This document shows, in pieces, positions 20,801-32,188 of a stretch of 64,000 nt of DNA. The position numbers were made by a program, and so were the translations under genes. How positions within the stretch are numbered: the stretch's first letter is position 1; the number at the start of each line of letters is the position of its first letter. This stretch comes from Azolla caroliniana (Eukaryota > Plantae > Polypodiophyta). The notes below the pieces were generated by a model. The model did no database searches. It saw nothing but the letters and a program-made list of their open reading frames with translations, and was not told the origin of the DNA. The stretch covers positions 1,116,001 through 1,180,000 of the forward strand of contig JBHGNT010000018.1 of the NCBI GenBank assembly GCA_043228905.1. Reading direction: 5' to 3'.

Positions 20801-21679
20801 AAAGCAGAGAAGGCTGATATGATGAAGGTTCCATATGCCTCGGCCGTCGGGAGCTTAATGTACGCAATGGTGTGTACCCAACCGGATATAGGATACGTAG
20901 TCGGAGTGGTGAGCCGGTTCATGAGCAATCCTGGCAAGGAGCACTAGAACGCGGTCAAATGGATTCTCTGGTACTTGAAAGGCACTTCGAACATGTGTCT
21001 CTGATTCGGCTCCGGTAAACCTTAACTCGACAGTTTTACCGATTCGGACATGTTGGTTGATGTGGGTACCAGCCGGTCTACATCCGGGTATGTAATGACA
21101 TATGCAGGGGGAGCTGTTTCGTGGCAGTCGAGGCTGCAAAAGACAGTTGCGTTGTCAACCACGGAGGTGGAGTACATCGCGGCTCTGGAAGCCGGCAAGG
21201 AAATACTATGGATGAAGGACTTCATCGGAGAGCTCGGTATCCGGCAAGATGAATACCGGCTCTATTGCGACAGTCAAAGTGCCATCCACCTTGCTAAAAA
21301 TGCAACGTACCATTCCTGGACGAAGCATATCCAGTGTAGGTATCACTGGATCTGGGAAAGAGTAGATGACCAGGAGTTCGCGCTGATGAAGATCCACATG
21401 ACCGAGAACGGGTCAAATATGCTGACCAAAGCGAATACCGACTCTATTGCGACAGTCAAAGTGCCATCCACCTTGCTAAGAACGCAACGTACCATTCCCG
21501 GATGAAGCATATCCAGCGTAGGTATCACTGGATCCGGGAAAGAGTAGATGACCAGGAGTTCGCGCTGACGAAGATCCACACAGCCGAGAACGGGTTTAGG
21601 GTTTAGGGTGCTGATACCCGACAAGCTGGAAGCATGCCAGAAGCGGATCTGACTAGTAAGACACCCCATGCCGGAGTGA
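17862..21679 (+). pseudogene. gag-pol: Degenerate gag-pol of copia E
   Basis: Fragmented ORFs homologous to D with many stops/frameshifts; tandem duplication of an RNase H segment near 21250-21596. Confidence 0.9.
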
Positions 21680-21689
21680 AGGGGGAGTT

Positions 21690-22001
21690 TGTTGGGAGAT
21701 AGGTCCCTCCCGATGGGAAGTGAGAAGAGCAGTACTCATGAGAACCGGATGAGGAGTACCCAGCTACGGAAGACCCGGTGAGAACCAGATGAGGAGTATC
21801 CGGCAAGAGTTGGATGGTGCAGGCCCGGTGAGGAGTGCTCACCGGATGAAGGGACATATTCGTAAATATGTTTCTGAGAGTCCATCGGGGCTATATTTGT
21901 AAATAGCCGTAAAGTCCTATTAGTATAAATATGACTTAGGGCAAACTTTGTTTTCAGGTTGTCATTCTTGTTGGTGCAAGAATAGTGAGCACGTAACTGT
22001 G

Positions 22002-22047
<46 letters not shown>

Positions 22048-22323
22048 GAGGTCGTTGCCTCTGTTGTAACCGCCGTCTGTGGCGAAGATCGTGAGCACGA
22101 GGTCGTTGCCTCCGTGAGCTCACTATTGTAATCATTGTTATATAGTGATAGTTTGGAGTCTGTGGACTCCCATGGTTTTGACCCTCTCAAGGTTTTCCAT
22201 GTTAAACATCCTGTGTACTCTTCTCTCCTTTGTGTCGTGCATTTCATTATCCGTTTTTTCTGTGTTCGATTTTAGACTCGGTTGTGGCCGAGCGTTGCGC
22301 ATAGGGAGCGTGCATTCCTGTCA
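21690..22323 (+). repeat. 3' LTR of E
   Basis: TGTTGGGAGATAGG...CCTGTCA then TAAGG. Confidence 0.92.
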
Positions 22324-23877
22324 TAAGGTTCAAGAAGAGAACAATGGAAAACCGGATGTATCTGAAGCTGCGGAGGGAGATCAAGGCGGAATGTGACATC
22401 ATTAACCTTACCCGTAATACGGAAAGGACTGAGTCATCGATAATCCAACTTGTCGCACGATCGAGTAATCTTGATGTGATGACGTAAGAGCCATACTCGA
22501 TCCCCGATGGCAAAAGAGGAGGGAATCCGATGACGATCCGCATAAGTCTTCTGTGTGTGTTGGTGTTGAGCATGACGAAGGTGAGTAGAGAGATCCATCT
22601 GGATCTTGCGTAGCCTCTCCAAATGATCCTCGACACGAGGGTTGGTAGGTAGCTCCGGGGTGTTGATCATTGACCAACGAGGATGGAAACCAGTATAAGC
22701 GAAAAATGGGGAGACCCAAGTCGAGGAGTGAATAACATTATTATACGCAAACTCCGCAAAGTGGAGAATCTCAGCCCAATCGTCCTGTTGACAACTCAGG
22801 AAACACCGGAGATATTGTTCTAGTGTTTGGTTTGTTCATTCCGCTTGCCCATCGGTTTGGGGATGGTAGCCGGAGGAGAGGTTGCAAGAGACCTTGAGCA
22901 TCTTGAAGAGATGTTGCCAAAATTTGGAGACGTACTGAGGTCCTCGGTCACTGATGATACTGTCTGGGAGGCCGTGATGCCGAAATACCTCACGCATGAC
23001 GAGGGCGGCGATTTCCTCACTAGTGATGGCCTTAGTACACGGCACAAAATCTGCCATCTTCGTATATAGATTGACGACGGTTAAGATAGCATCGAACCCC
23101 TTCGAGACTGGCAGATCGGTGATAAAATCAAGACAAATAGATTGCCACAGCTTACTTGGAATCGGTAAGGGTTCCAACAAGCCGTATGGATGGTGTCGTG
23201 GCATCTTTACTCGACAACAAGTATCACAGGTCCGAACGTAGTCGTCGACAAAACGGCGCATGTGGGGCCACCAAAAAGATCGTTGCACTAGATCCAATGT
23301 CTTAGTACTACCGAAATGCCCCGCCGTATGGATCTCCGATGGCAAAAGAGGAGGGAATCCAATGACGATCCGCATAAGTCTTCTGTGTGTGTTGAGCATT
23401 ACGAAGGTGAGTAGAGAGATCCATCTTGATCTTGCGTAGCCTCTCCAAATGATCCTCGACATGAGGGTTGGTAGGTAGCTCCGGGGTGTCGATCACCGAC
23501 CAACGAGGATGGAAACCGGTATAAGCGAAAAATGGGGAGACCGAGTCGAGGAGTGAATATCATTATTATACGCAAACTCTGCAAAGTGGCGAATCTCAGC
23601 CCAATCGTCCTGTTGATAACTCAGGAAACACCGGAGATATTGTTCTAGTGTTTGGTTTGTTCGTTCCGCCTGCCCATCGGTTTGGGGATGGTAGCCGAAG
23701 GAGAGGTTGCAAGAGACCTTGAGCATCTTGAAGAGATGTTGCCAAAATTTGGAGACGAATTGAGGTCCTCGATCACTGATGATACTGTCTGGGAGGCCGT
23801 GATGCCGAAATACCTCACGCATGACGAGGGCGGCGGTTTCCTCGCTAGTGATAGCCTTAGTACACGGCACAAAATTT
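22324..23877 (-). pseudogene. Chromovirus F integrase fragments with ~550-bp internal direct duplication
   Basis: AGHFG...CDTC, ICLDFITDLP, IISDRGPQF, HPQTDGQAER, HPVFHCSLLEPY; 22499-23055 repeated at 23331-23877. Confidence 0.88.
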
Positions 23878-24132
23878 GTTACACCACCGCCGCCCCCGCT
23901 GGAGTTGGACGCCGGCCAGGAGTATGAAGTTGCTGCCATCCTCGATTCCAAACTTGTTCGCAACAAACTTTATTATTTGTTCGATTGGCTCGATTATAGT
24001 CCGAGCGAACGTACTTGGGAACCCGTCGAGCATGTTGCCAATGCTCAGGATCTTCTTGCTGATTTCCACCGAAAGTATCCGGACAAACCCGGTCCGCAAT
24101 CAGCGCCGACTCGTTCCACTCGTCGTCGTTAA
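23878..24132 (+). pseudogene. Second, inverted chromodomain-coding 3' end of chromovirus F
   Basis: PPPPLELDAGQEYEVAAILDSK...YLFDWLDYSPSERTWEP: typical integrase-fused chromodomain; followed by PPT and LTR. Confidence 0.9.
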
Positions 24133-24143
24133 GGGGAAGATAG

Positions 24144-24445
24144 TGTCATGATATGGCAAGACTCGAACCCATGATCTTATGCTACATGGGTCGAGCTCTT
24201 ACCATTAGACTATGAATTGTAATTTGTAGAATATTATTTTCATTTATACTTTATCATAGAAAATTGATGTACATTCCAGATCTCTCTGGAACATTCTAGA
24301 AGCTTCAGGATTATTCCTAAAAACACTATAAAAGGAGGCACAAGGCATTGTTTTGAACCAAATTGGTTCAACGCCAGTCTTAAGCCTCTTAGCCACTTTG
24401 TACTTATCTTTCACATAATATATTAGCTATTGTCATTATCTTTCT
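24144..24445 (+). repeat. Truncated chromovirus LTR (inverted copy of ~3305-3605)
   Basis: TGTCATGATATGGCAAG...; similarity ends at a (CT)n tract. Confidence 0.85.
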
Positions 24446-25362
24446 TTCTCTCTCTCTCTCTCTCTCTCTCTCCCCGTTTCTACGAATCTCTCTCACTCCT
24501 CTCTCTCACGTTCCTCGGTTCAGGGCCCCCGCGGTCCCGCCTTATTTCACACGTGAGATCAATACAACTTGACATTAATTTGGTGAACTCGACGTGAAAC
24601 AAGGCGGTAGAGGAATTGAAAATGAGGGGATCAGAGCTCGCCATACCCGTGGCGGCAGCAGTCGATCGGATAGTGAGTGCTCGTGAGGGGACGAGCGCCC
24701 TCGATAGGGTCATTGAAGCAATTGTCGGCACAATAGGCCGGTTCGATGGGAAGGACACCACGAGTTATTTGGTGGCCTACTTGGCTGAAATGGTGATGAG
24801 GGACTCCCGGAGGAGAGGCGTTTGGCTGGGTTCCCTCAGGTAGCAACACTGGGCATCCACACAGAGGTGCTCGAGGTGCAGGCTGGATGCCGGACCTGGG
24901 GGGAATTCGAAGTGCGGCTCCTCGAGCGGTACCGGCTTGATGACACGCTTCGGTTATCGAAGTAGGACTTTATGAATTGGGTGGAGACCCCAAGAAAGGG
25001 GAGGAATGTGTTGGCGCTCCTCTGGGAGTTCGAGGAATGCTTCACACGTCTTTCGACATTAGACAAGACCGTACTGGACACGAGCCGTGTCCTTTTATTC
25101 ATCAAAGCTATGGACGTGCGGGATCGGGAGCAAGTGGGTCTCCTGCTGGAGATGGACGATGGGCTGACGGCCAACTGGGCCGTGGTAGAAGGGGTCTATG
25201 GCCGTTTTGACAAACTGCGTGAGTGGGCTGACAAAGGGCTCGTCGGGGGTAGGAGCGGTTGCAACAAGAAACCTTGAGGGACCCCTGCCGACGCGCAAGG
25301 AGGAAACTCAGGATTGGCTTGAGACAGGCTCGTCTGGCGTGGTCAAGGGCCCGTGCGGCGGA
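24446..25362 (+). mobile_element. Remnant G of Trp-primed gypsy: LTR 3' end (to 24574), PBS 24581-24598, degenerate gag
   Basis: GCGGTCCCGCC...TTGACA, TGGTGAACTCGACGTGAA, MRGSELAIPVAAAVDRIVSAREG... Confidence 0.85.
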
Positions 25363-28300
25363 GCGAATTGTCGGCATAGGAGACGTGTGGCTGACAACAC
25401 CAGCCGGATGCAAGTTGCTGTTGAAGGATGTCCGACACATTCCGGGGGTTCGACTGAACCTGATATCAGTCGGTCGGCTAGATGATGAAGGCTACACGGG
25501 TAGCATCTGGAACGGTGTCATGAAGTTCACCAAGGGGAGCCTGATAGTGGCTCGGGCCTGGAAGGGCAACACACTGTACCTGATGAATGCCCGGTTATGC
25601 CCGGAGGAAGTGAACGTTGCTTCCAACACTACCGGTGAGCTGTGGCACAAAAGACTGTGTCACATGAGTGAGAAGGGGATGAAGAGGCTTGCCGAAGACA
25701 ACCTCATTCCGGTGAAGGATGTGCAACTTGAGAAGTGCACCGACTGCCTGGCCGGCAAGCAAAACCGCACCTCCTTCCGGTCAAGACCACCGATGAGACG
25801 GAATGCACCACTGGAGCTGGTGCATACCGATGTGTGTCAAGTGGTCATGAACTCACATGCCGGATCGCAGTACTTCGTGATGTTCATAGACGACCACAAC
25901 CGGAAGCTGTGGGCCACACCGTTGAAGACGAAGGATCAGGTGTTATTTGTCTTCAAGGAGCTCCACGCAAGAGTGGAAAGAGAAACCGGCCGGAAGCTGA
26001 AGGCGATTCGAGCAGATAACAGAGGCGAATATCGGGGGTAGTTTGAGGAGTACTGCCGCTCGAAGGGAATCCGGCTCAAATTGACCGTGCCGAAGATGTC
26101 GGAACTAAACGGGCTGGCCGAGAGGATGAACCGAACCATAATGGAGAGGGTCCAGAGTATGCTGGCACATGCCAAGTTACCCAAGACGTTTTGGGCTGAG
26201 GCGCTGATGATAGCGACGTACGTGATAAACAGATCACCCTTAGTACCCTTGGATGGAGACACGCCGTAGAGAGTTTGGACCGGTAAGGAAGTGTCTTACT
26301 GGCATCTGAAGGTGTTCGAATGTCTCGCTTACGTGCATGTGGCAAAGGATTGGAGAGCAAAGTTGGATCCAAAGTCCCGGCCTTGCATATTCCTCGGATA
26401 CGGCGATGATGAGTTCGATTACCGAGTGTGGGACCCCATCGAGAAGAAGGTGTTCCGGAGTCGAGATATTATCTTCATAGAGGACAAGACCCTTGCCGAC
26501 TGGAGTCGGAGAAGAAGATAATGAACTACGAGTCGACCGGTAGGGATCGGTTCGATGTGATTCGGACCTACCCGGCTAAGAGTCGGTTGACACTCAAAGA
26601 ATCGGCCGGTTACGAAGAGGAAACCGAATTGACCGAAGAAGAAGAAGAAGCAGAAACCGGAACCGGCCAAGACCCTGAATTGGATTTGGATGAAGAACAA
26701 ATAGAGGAGCCGGTTGCCGAAAGCCAAGGACGCAAATATCCTCTCAGAGAGATAAGGCCCCCCCGGAGATTTCCGGATGCAGAGCGCGTGTTGCTAACCG
26801 ATGAGGGGGAGCCGGAAAGCTTCGAAGAAGCAAAGGAGGACACCCACAACTACAAGTGGTTGAGTGCCATGCAGGACAAGATGAATTCCCTACATGAGAA
26901 CCACAGGTATGAACTGGTGGAGTTGCCGAAAGGAAAGCGGGCACTTCGAAACAAGTGGGTGTACAAGCTGAAACCAGGAGATGCCGGTAACCCCCCGAGA
27001 TACAAAGCCAGGATCGTGGTGAAGCGGTTCCAGCAGAAGAAGGGCGTGGACTTCGACAAGATATTTGCCTCGGTAGTAAAGATGACTTCCATCCAGACGG
27101 TGCTGAGCATAGCGGCAATCATGAACCTCGAGGTAGAGCAGTTAGACATGAAGACGACGTTCCTCCACGGCGACCTCGAAGAAGAGATTTACATGCAGCA
27201 ACCGGAGGGATTTGTAAAGAAAGGGAAGGAGCACTTGGTTTGCTGGTTGAAGAAGAGCCTCTACGGTTTGAAGCAGGCTCCTCGACAATGGTACCGGAAG
27301 TTCGACTCCTTCATGACCAATCAAGGGTACCACAAGACGCAGGCCGATCACTGCGTATTTGTGAAGAAGTTTGAAGGTAGAGACTTCCTGATACTCCTCC
27401 TGTACGTGGACGACATGTTGATCGTCGGACGAGACCAAGTCAAGATACAGATGCTGAAGAAGACTCTGAACTGGACCTTCTCAATGAAAGACTAGGGTCC
27501 GACAAGACAGATACTGGGGATGCATATCATCCGGGACCGTTCAAAGAAGCAATTGTGACTGTCAGAGGAGAAATACGTGACAAAGGTGCTTCAGCGGTTC
27601 AACATGTCAGATCCGAAACTGGTCGGATCGACACTCCTGACAAACTGCAGATTATCCGGTAAGCAAAGTCCGAAGACTAAAGCAGAGAAGGTGGATATGA
27701 TGAAGATACCATATTCCTCTGTTGTCGGGAGCTTGATGTGCGCAATGGTGTGTACTCGACCAGATATCGGATACGCGGTTGGAGTGGTGAGCCGGTTCAT
27801 GAGCAACCCCGACAAAGAACATTGGAACGCGGTGTCGAGATATTTCGCAAGTGCGTGTGGAAACGAGGCGGGACCGCGAGGGTCTCGAACCAAAGAGCAA
27901 GCGAGGTAGGAGAAAGAGAGAGAACCGGCTACGCAGGACCGGGGATACACAGGGACACGGCCCTTCAGCACGGAGAACGCGAACAGACACTGACACCGAC
28001 AGATGCGAATGACTAAATATGTATATTAAGAAAAATGGCTGACACGACTACAACCCTCGATGGGGCACAGGTTGGCTACAACCGAACAGGCCGGCGAACA
28101 GATGCCGATGCCTGTTCGCTTCGACGCACAAAGGGGTAGCAGGTCGGAGGTGCTGCCGGAAGCACTCGGGCGTTCCTCGAAACAGCGCGAGCCTCCTCGG
28201 AACCTTGCACAGAAAAGCTATGGAGCTCGAGAAGGAAGGGAAACAGAGAGAGAAGCGTCCAGAAACGGTCCGACAGCACTTCGTCCTCTCTGCGCGAGAT

Positions 28301-28697
28301 GCCTGCAACAGCTCTTTTCTGCTCCTTATATAGGCCGACGAGCAGGCCGTCATGTCAGCTTTATTCCCTGTCCCTTTTGGACAGGGATCCGCTCCGTTCT
28401 TCACGCATCCGCGTAGTTACGCCGCCGACTCGTACAGTTCCTTAGCTCGCGCGCGCGACCGAAAAGACTGTTCGCGCGGTCTTCGTCTCCACTTGTGTTA
28501 GGGCCCGTTCCTGCCGATTATCCTCCTAATTCGCTTCTATGTACAACTTGGAGCGTGCGCGCGTGAAGAACCGGTTCCCACGCCTTGGTGTGCCGATTCC
28601 GCTTATGGACGGTTTTCTTCACGACATCCGCCCCCACCTAACCGCGCATCCTCCGGTATGCGCCAAGAGAGTTGGGACGGAGAAAACCGGCCCGTCT

Positions 28698-31600
28698 TCA
28701 TTCCTCGCCCGTCGGTTCTTCCTCGTTTTCGGATCGTTCGTCACTGCTGACTAGGAGAGCCGGGTCTGGCTCGTCGTCGTGTCGCTTCTTGAACGCTTTG
28801 ATCCGCTTCCCTGCAACCGGTATCGCCATTCTCGTGCCGTCGAGTTCCGCCAGGTGATATGTCCCGTTGTCATTGGCGTTCCGTACCACGTAAGGCCCGA
28901 ACCACCTTCGTGCGAACTTCCGTGTAGCTCGGTGCTGGTTGTCGAGGCTGCTGTCGTAGACGAGCACCCAGTCACCTTCTTCGATTTTCTTCGGTCGGAG
29001 CCGGTGCGTTCGGTCGAACCTGGCTTTGTTCTTTGTCCTCGCCACCCGGAGCTTCTCCGCAGCCAGTTCCACGTTCTCCGGTCTCCGCTCGAGCTGTCGT
29101 ATACGCGCGGCCAACAACTCCTCCCGGCTCATCTCGTCCCTCCAGTCGACCGTTGCCCATGAGGAGATCGTCCGTTCCATCGGCATGATCGGCTTCTGGC
29201 CGAACATAAGCTCCGTCGGCATGTACCCGGTTACCGAACTGTGCGTAGTCCGGTCTGCCCACAAAGCATAAGGTAGCAGCCGCGGCCAGTTACCGACTCG
29301 GCCTCCACATGCCCGAACCAACGCCTTGACGATCGGTCCGTGTCTGCGCTCCACCTTTCCGTTCGCCTCCGGATTGTACGCAGTGGTGAGCGAGAGCTTG
29401 ACTCCCAGCCGGTTGAACAGCTCCGCGGCTTCTTCGGCGTCCAACTCCCCTCGGTCAGCCACGATCTTCCCGACGCACCCGTACCGGCATATCACGTCCT
29501 CGATTAGGAACCGACATACGGCCGCGGTCGTTTTGTTCGGAAGGGCCCGGCCTTCCACCTGGTTCGTCAGATCCTCCCGCGCTAGGACCAGGTACCGCAT
29601 CTGTCCTACTCCCATTGGCATCGTTACCAGATCTACCATCCATTTGAAATGGATGGCCGGAGGGTACGTAGGGTGAAGCTCGTCTCGATGTCGGACTATG
29701 GAGTGCATCTGACAGCCCTCGCAAGTTGTCACGAACCGATGCACGTCCTGGTACTGCCCCGGCCACCAATACTTCCCCTTCAGTTTCTCGAACGTAGCCC
29801 ATGTTCCACGGTGTCCAGCCCAAGGGCTGTCGTGGTAGGCCGCTAGCAGCTCCTCCTGACCTTCCTTCATTGCCACCACCCGGAGCGGGACGCCGTTCCT
29901 CTTCTTCGGGTGCTTCCACAAGTATCCATCCCGGAGAAAGAACCGGTACGCTTTCTTCCGGATCCGGTTGGCCTCGTCCTTCGTCCATGACGCATCGGGC
30001 GTCATTGTCTTCAAAAACCCACCGATCTGCAGCCACTCCCCGTCGTACTTGCTCGTGTCGAAGTCGTTAAGCGCTGGAGTGCTTGTTCCGTCGGTTGTTA
30101 CATACGCAGTCTCGAAGAAGTCCACGCCGACCTCTTCGTCCTCCGAAACCATGCCGCCTTCGTCATCGAATCTCGCCCTTGAAAGCATGTCGGCCATGGC
30201 GTTGTCTTTCCCGGAAATGTGTCGTATTTCCGGGTCCAGGGACTTGATGTACGCTATCCATCTGAGCATTGCCAGGTCCGGCGTCGCGCATCCGGAAAGC
30301 ATGCCGAGAATCGGCATGCAATCCGTCTCTATGATTACCTCTGTCCTGATCAGATAGTCCTTGTCGGCCTTCACCGCCGAAACGATACCCCAGAGTTCGC
30401 GTTTAACCTGGGCGTATCCTCGCTGCCGCTCACTGAGGACCTTCGCGCCGAATCGGATCGGAAACCGATTGCCGTCCTCGTCTTCTTGGTTGATGACCCA
30501 CCCGATTCCGGTTGGACTCGTGTCAACCGTTATGTACACTGGGGTGCCCTTCCTGTAGACGGCCTTTCGGAGCGCCGGTGCTGCCGAAAGAGCCTCCTTC
30601 AGCTTCCGGACCGACTCCGTGTGCTTGTCTAGCCATTCAAATCTTCGCCCTTTCTTCAATAATCCGTACAGCGGCTCCGCGACGTGCGCGTAATGCGGGA
30701 TCCATATGTGGTAGAAGGCGCATGCTCCCAAGAATCTTCGTACTTCCGTGATCGAGCTGCAATCAGGCTTCATCGCGGAGATGGCTTCTACCTTTGCCGG
30801 AGACGGTTTCCGGCCATATGGTCCACATAAATGTCCGACCACCATGATTTCCAACTACCCGAAGGCTGACTTCTCCCCCGAGAAGGTGAGCCTCGCATCC
30901 TCTAGCCTTTGCAGCACCTTCTCGCAGTCGTCGATGTGCGTTACCACGAATCGCCGGCATCCGTCCGGCCCGATCGTCTCGTCCTTCTCTTCTACCGGGC
31001 ATCCCTTGATCGGGATATCGTCTAGAAACGGCATGGTGATGTCCGGGATGCAGTCCCTCAGCACCTGGTTCATTGCATTCACCATGTGGGCCACCGAGTT
31101 GGTCCCTCCTTGCGGCAGCGTACACATCCGCACTAGGCCGAGGGGAGTTCGCATCGTCGTAATGTCTCTGCTCTCCACGGCTAGCTGGAACTGGTCGTAC
31201 CCTGAGTATAGATCACCGACCGAGTAAATCGACCTTCCGGCGAAGGCCTCCGCGAACTCGTCTATGGTCGGTCCGATCCCTGCGTTCCGAATGGTCACTC
31301 TATTGACCGGCTGCAGGTCCTGAATGAAGCGCAACGATCCGTTTTTCTTTGGTACGGTAAACCATCGGTTGGAATACGGGGTGCTCGACGGCTCGAGAAT
31401 GCCCATATCAACTTTCTGCTTCAACAACTCCATCGACTTCGGGATGTGAGCTCTCGGAACCGAAATTGGCTTGAGATTCCACGGTACATGCGGTACCGTG
31501 AATATCACCATCGGCTCTACGATCGTCGGGTCTATGCACCCGATTTCCTCCGGTGAGAATGCGAAGGCTTTCCCGTGCCTTCCGAGCATTCTCCGAAACC

Positions 31601-32186
31601 GGTCTTCCTCCGCCGGTAGTAGGAACCCGCCCCCACCGATTTTGAGCTCCCGGAGCGTCTCGTTGGTGAAGGTGTGTCCTATGCAGGCCGGATCTCGTAA
31701 GCCGGGGTCCGATGCAACCCCTTTGATTCGCGACTCGCTGCCCTCCGGTAAGGGCGCCGCAACTGGCCTCACCTTCCGGTCCACAGTCTTGTACTTGGTG
31801 CTAACTCGGGCCATCCGTTCCGACTCGAGCCCTCGACCGAAGTCCGCGATGACTTCGTACATTTCTTCGGAACATACCGGTATCGTCCGGTCTTCGTTAA
31901 GGTCTTCTTCGACTACCTTCCCCAGCATTCCCAAGGTGTCGTCGAAGGACACTGCCTCCACGGCTCCGTTGATTTCTTCGTCAGGGCCGAGAACTCCGCA
32001 CGCTCGAAGTCTCCCCTCCGTCTTTGCTTTCTCTCGGCCGGCGATGCCGACCATCGTACATGCTCCGCTGTCGGAGAAGCAAAATTTCCTACCTATTGTA
32101 CACGGTTTTATCGTACAGATGTGGGGTTTTCCCGGAGCATCCGGACTGTCGCGGCCCCACGCCTTGGCAGTCCTCTCTAAAAATCC
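28698..32186 (-). pseudogene. pol: pol of C with one nonsense codon at ~30855
   Basis: ORFs 30855..32054 and 28698..30854 collinear with B pol. Confidence 0.9.
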
Positions 32187-32188
32187 TC

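Larger units (their letters stand above)
3876..22323 (+). mobile_element. Ty1/copia element E (degenerate), hosting D and B
   Basis: LTRs 3876-4532 and 21690-22323, TSD TAAGG (3871-3875, 22324-22328), iMet PBS TGGTATCAGAGC 4536-4547, PPT ~21678-21687. Confidence 0.92.

Noticed and set aside
23821-24132. Host chromodomain gene
   Set aside because: Directly followed by PPT and LTR; it is a chromovirus integrase tail.
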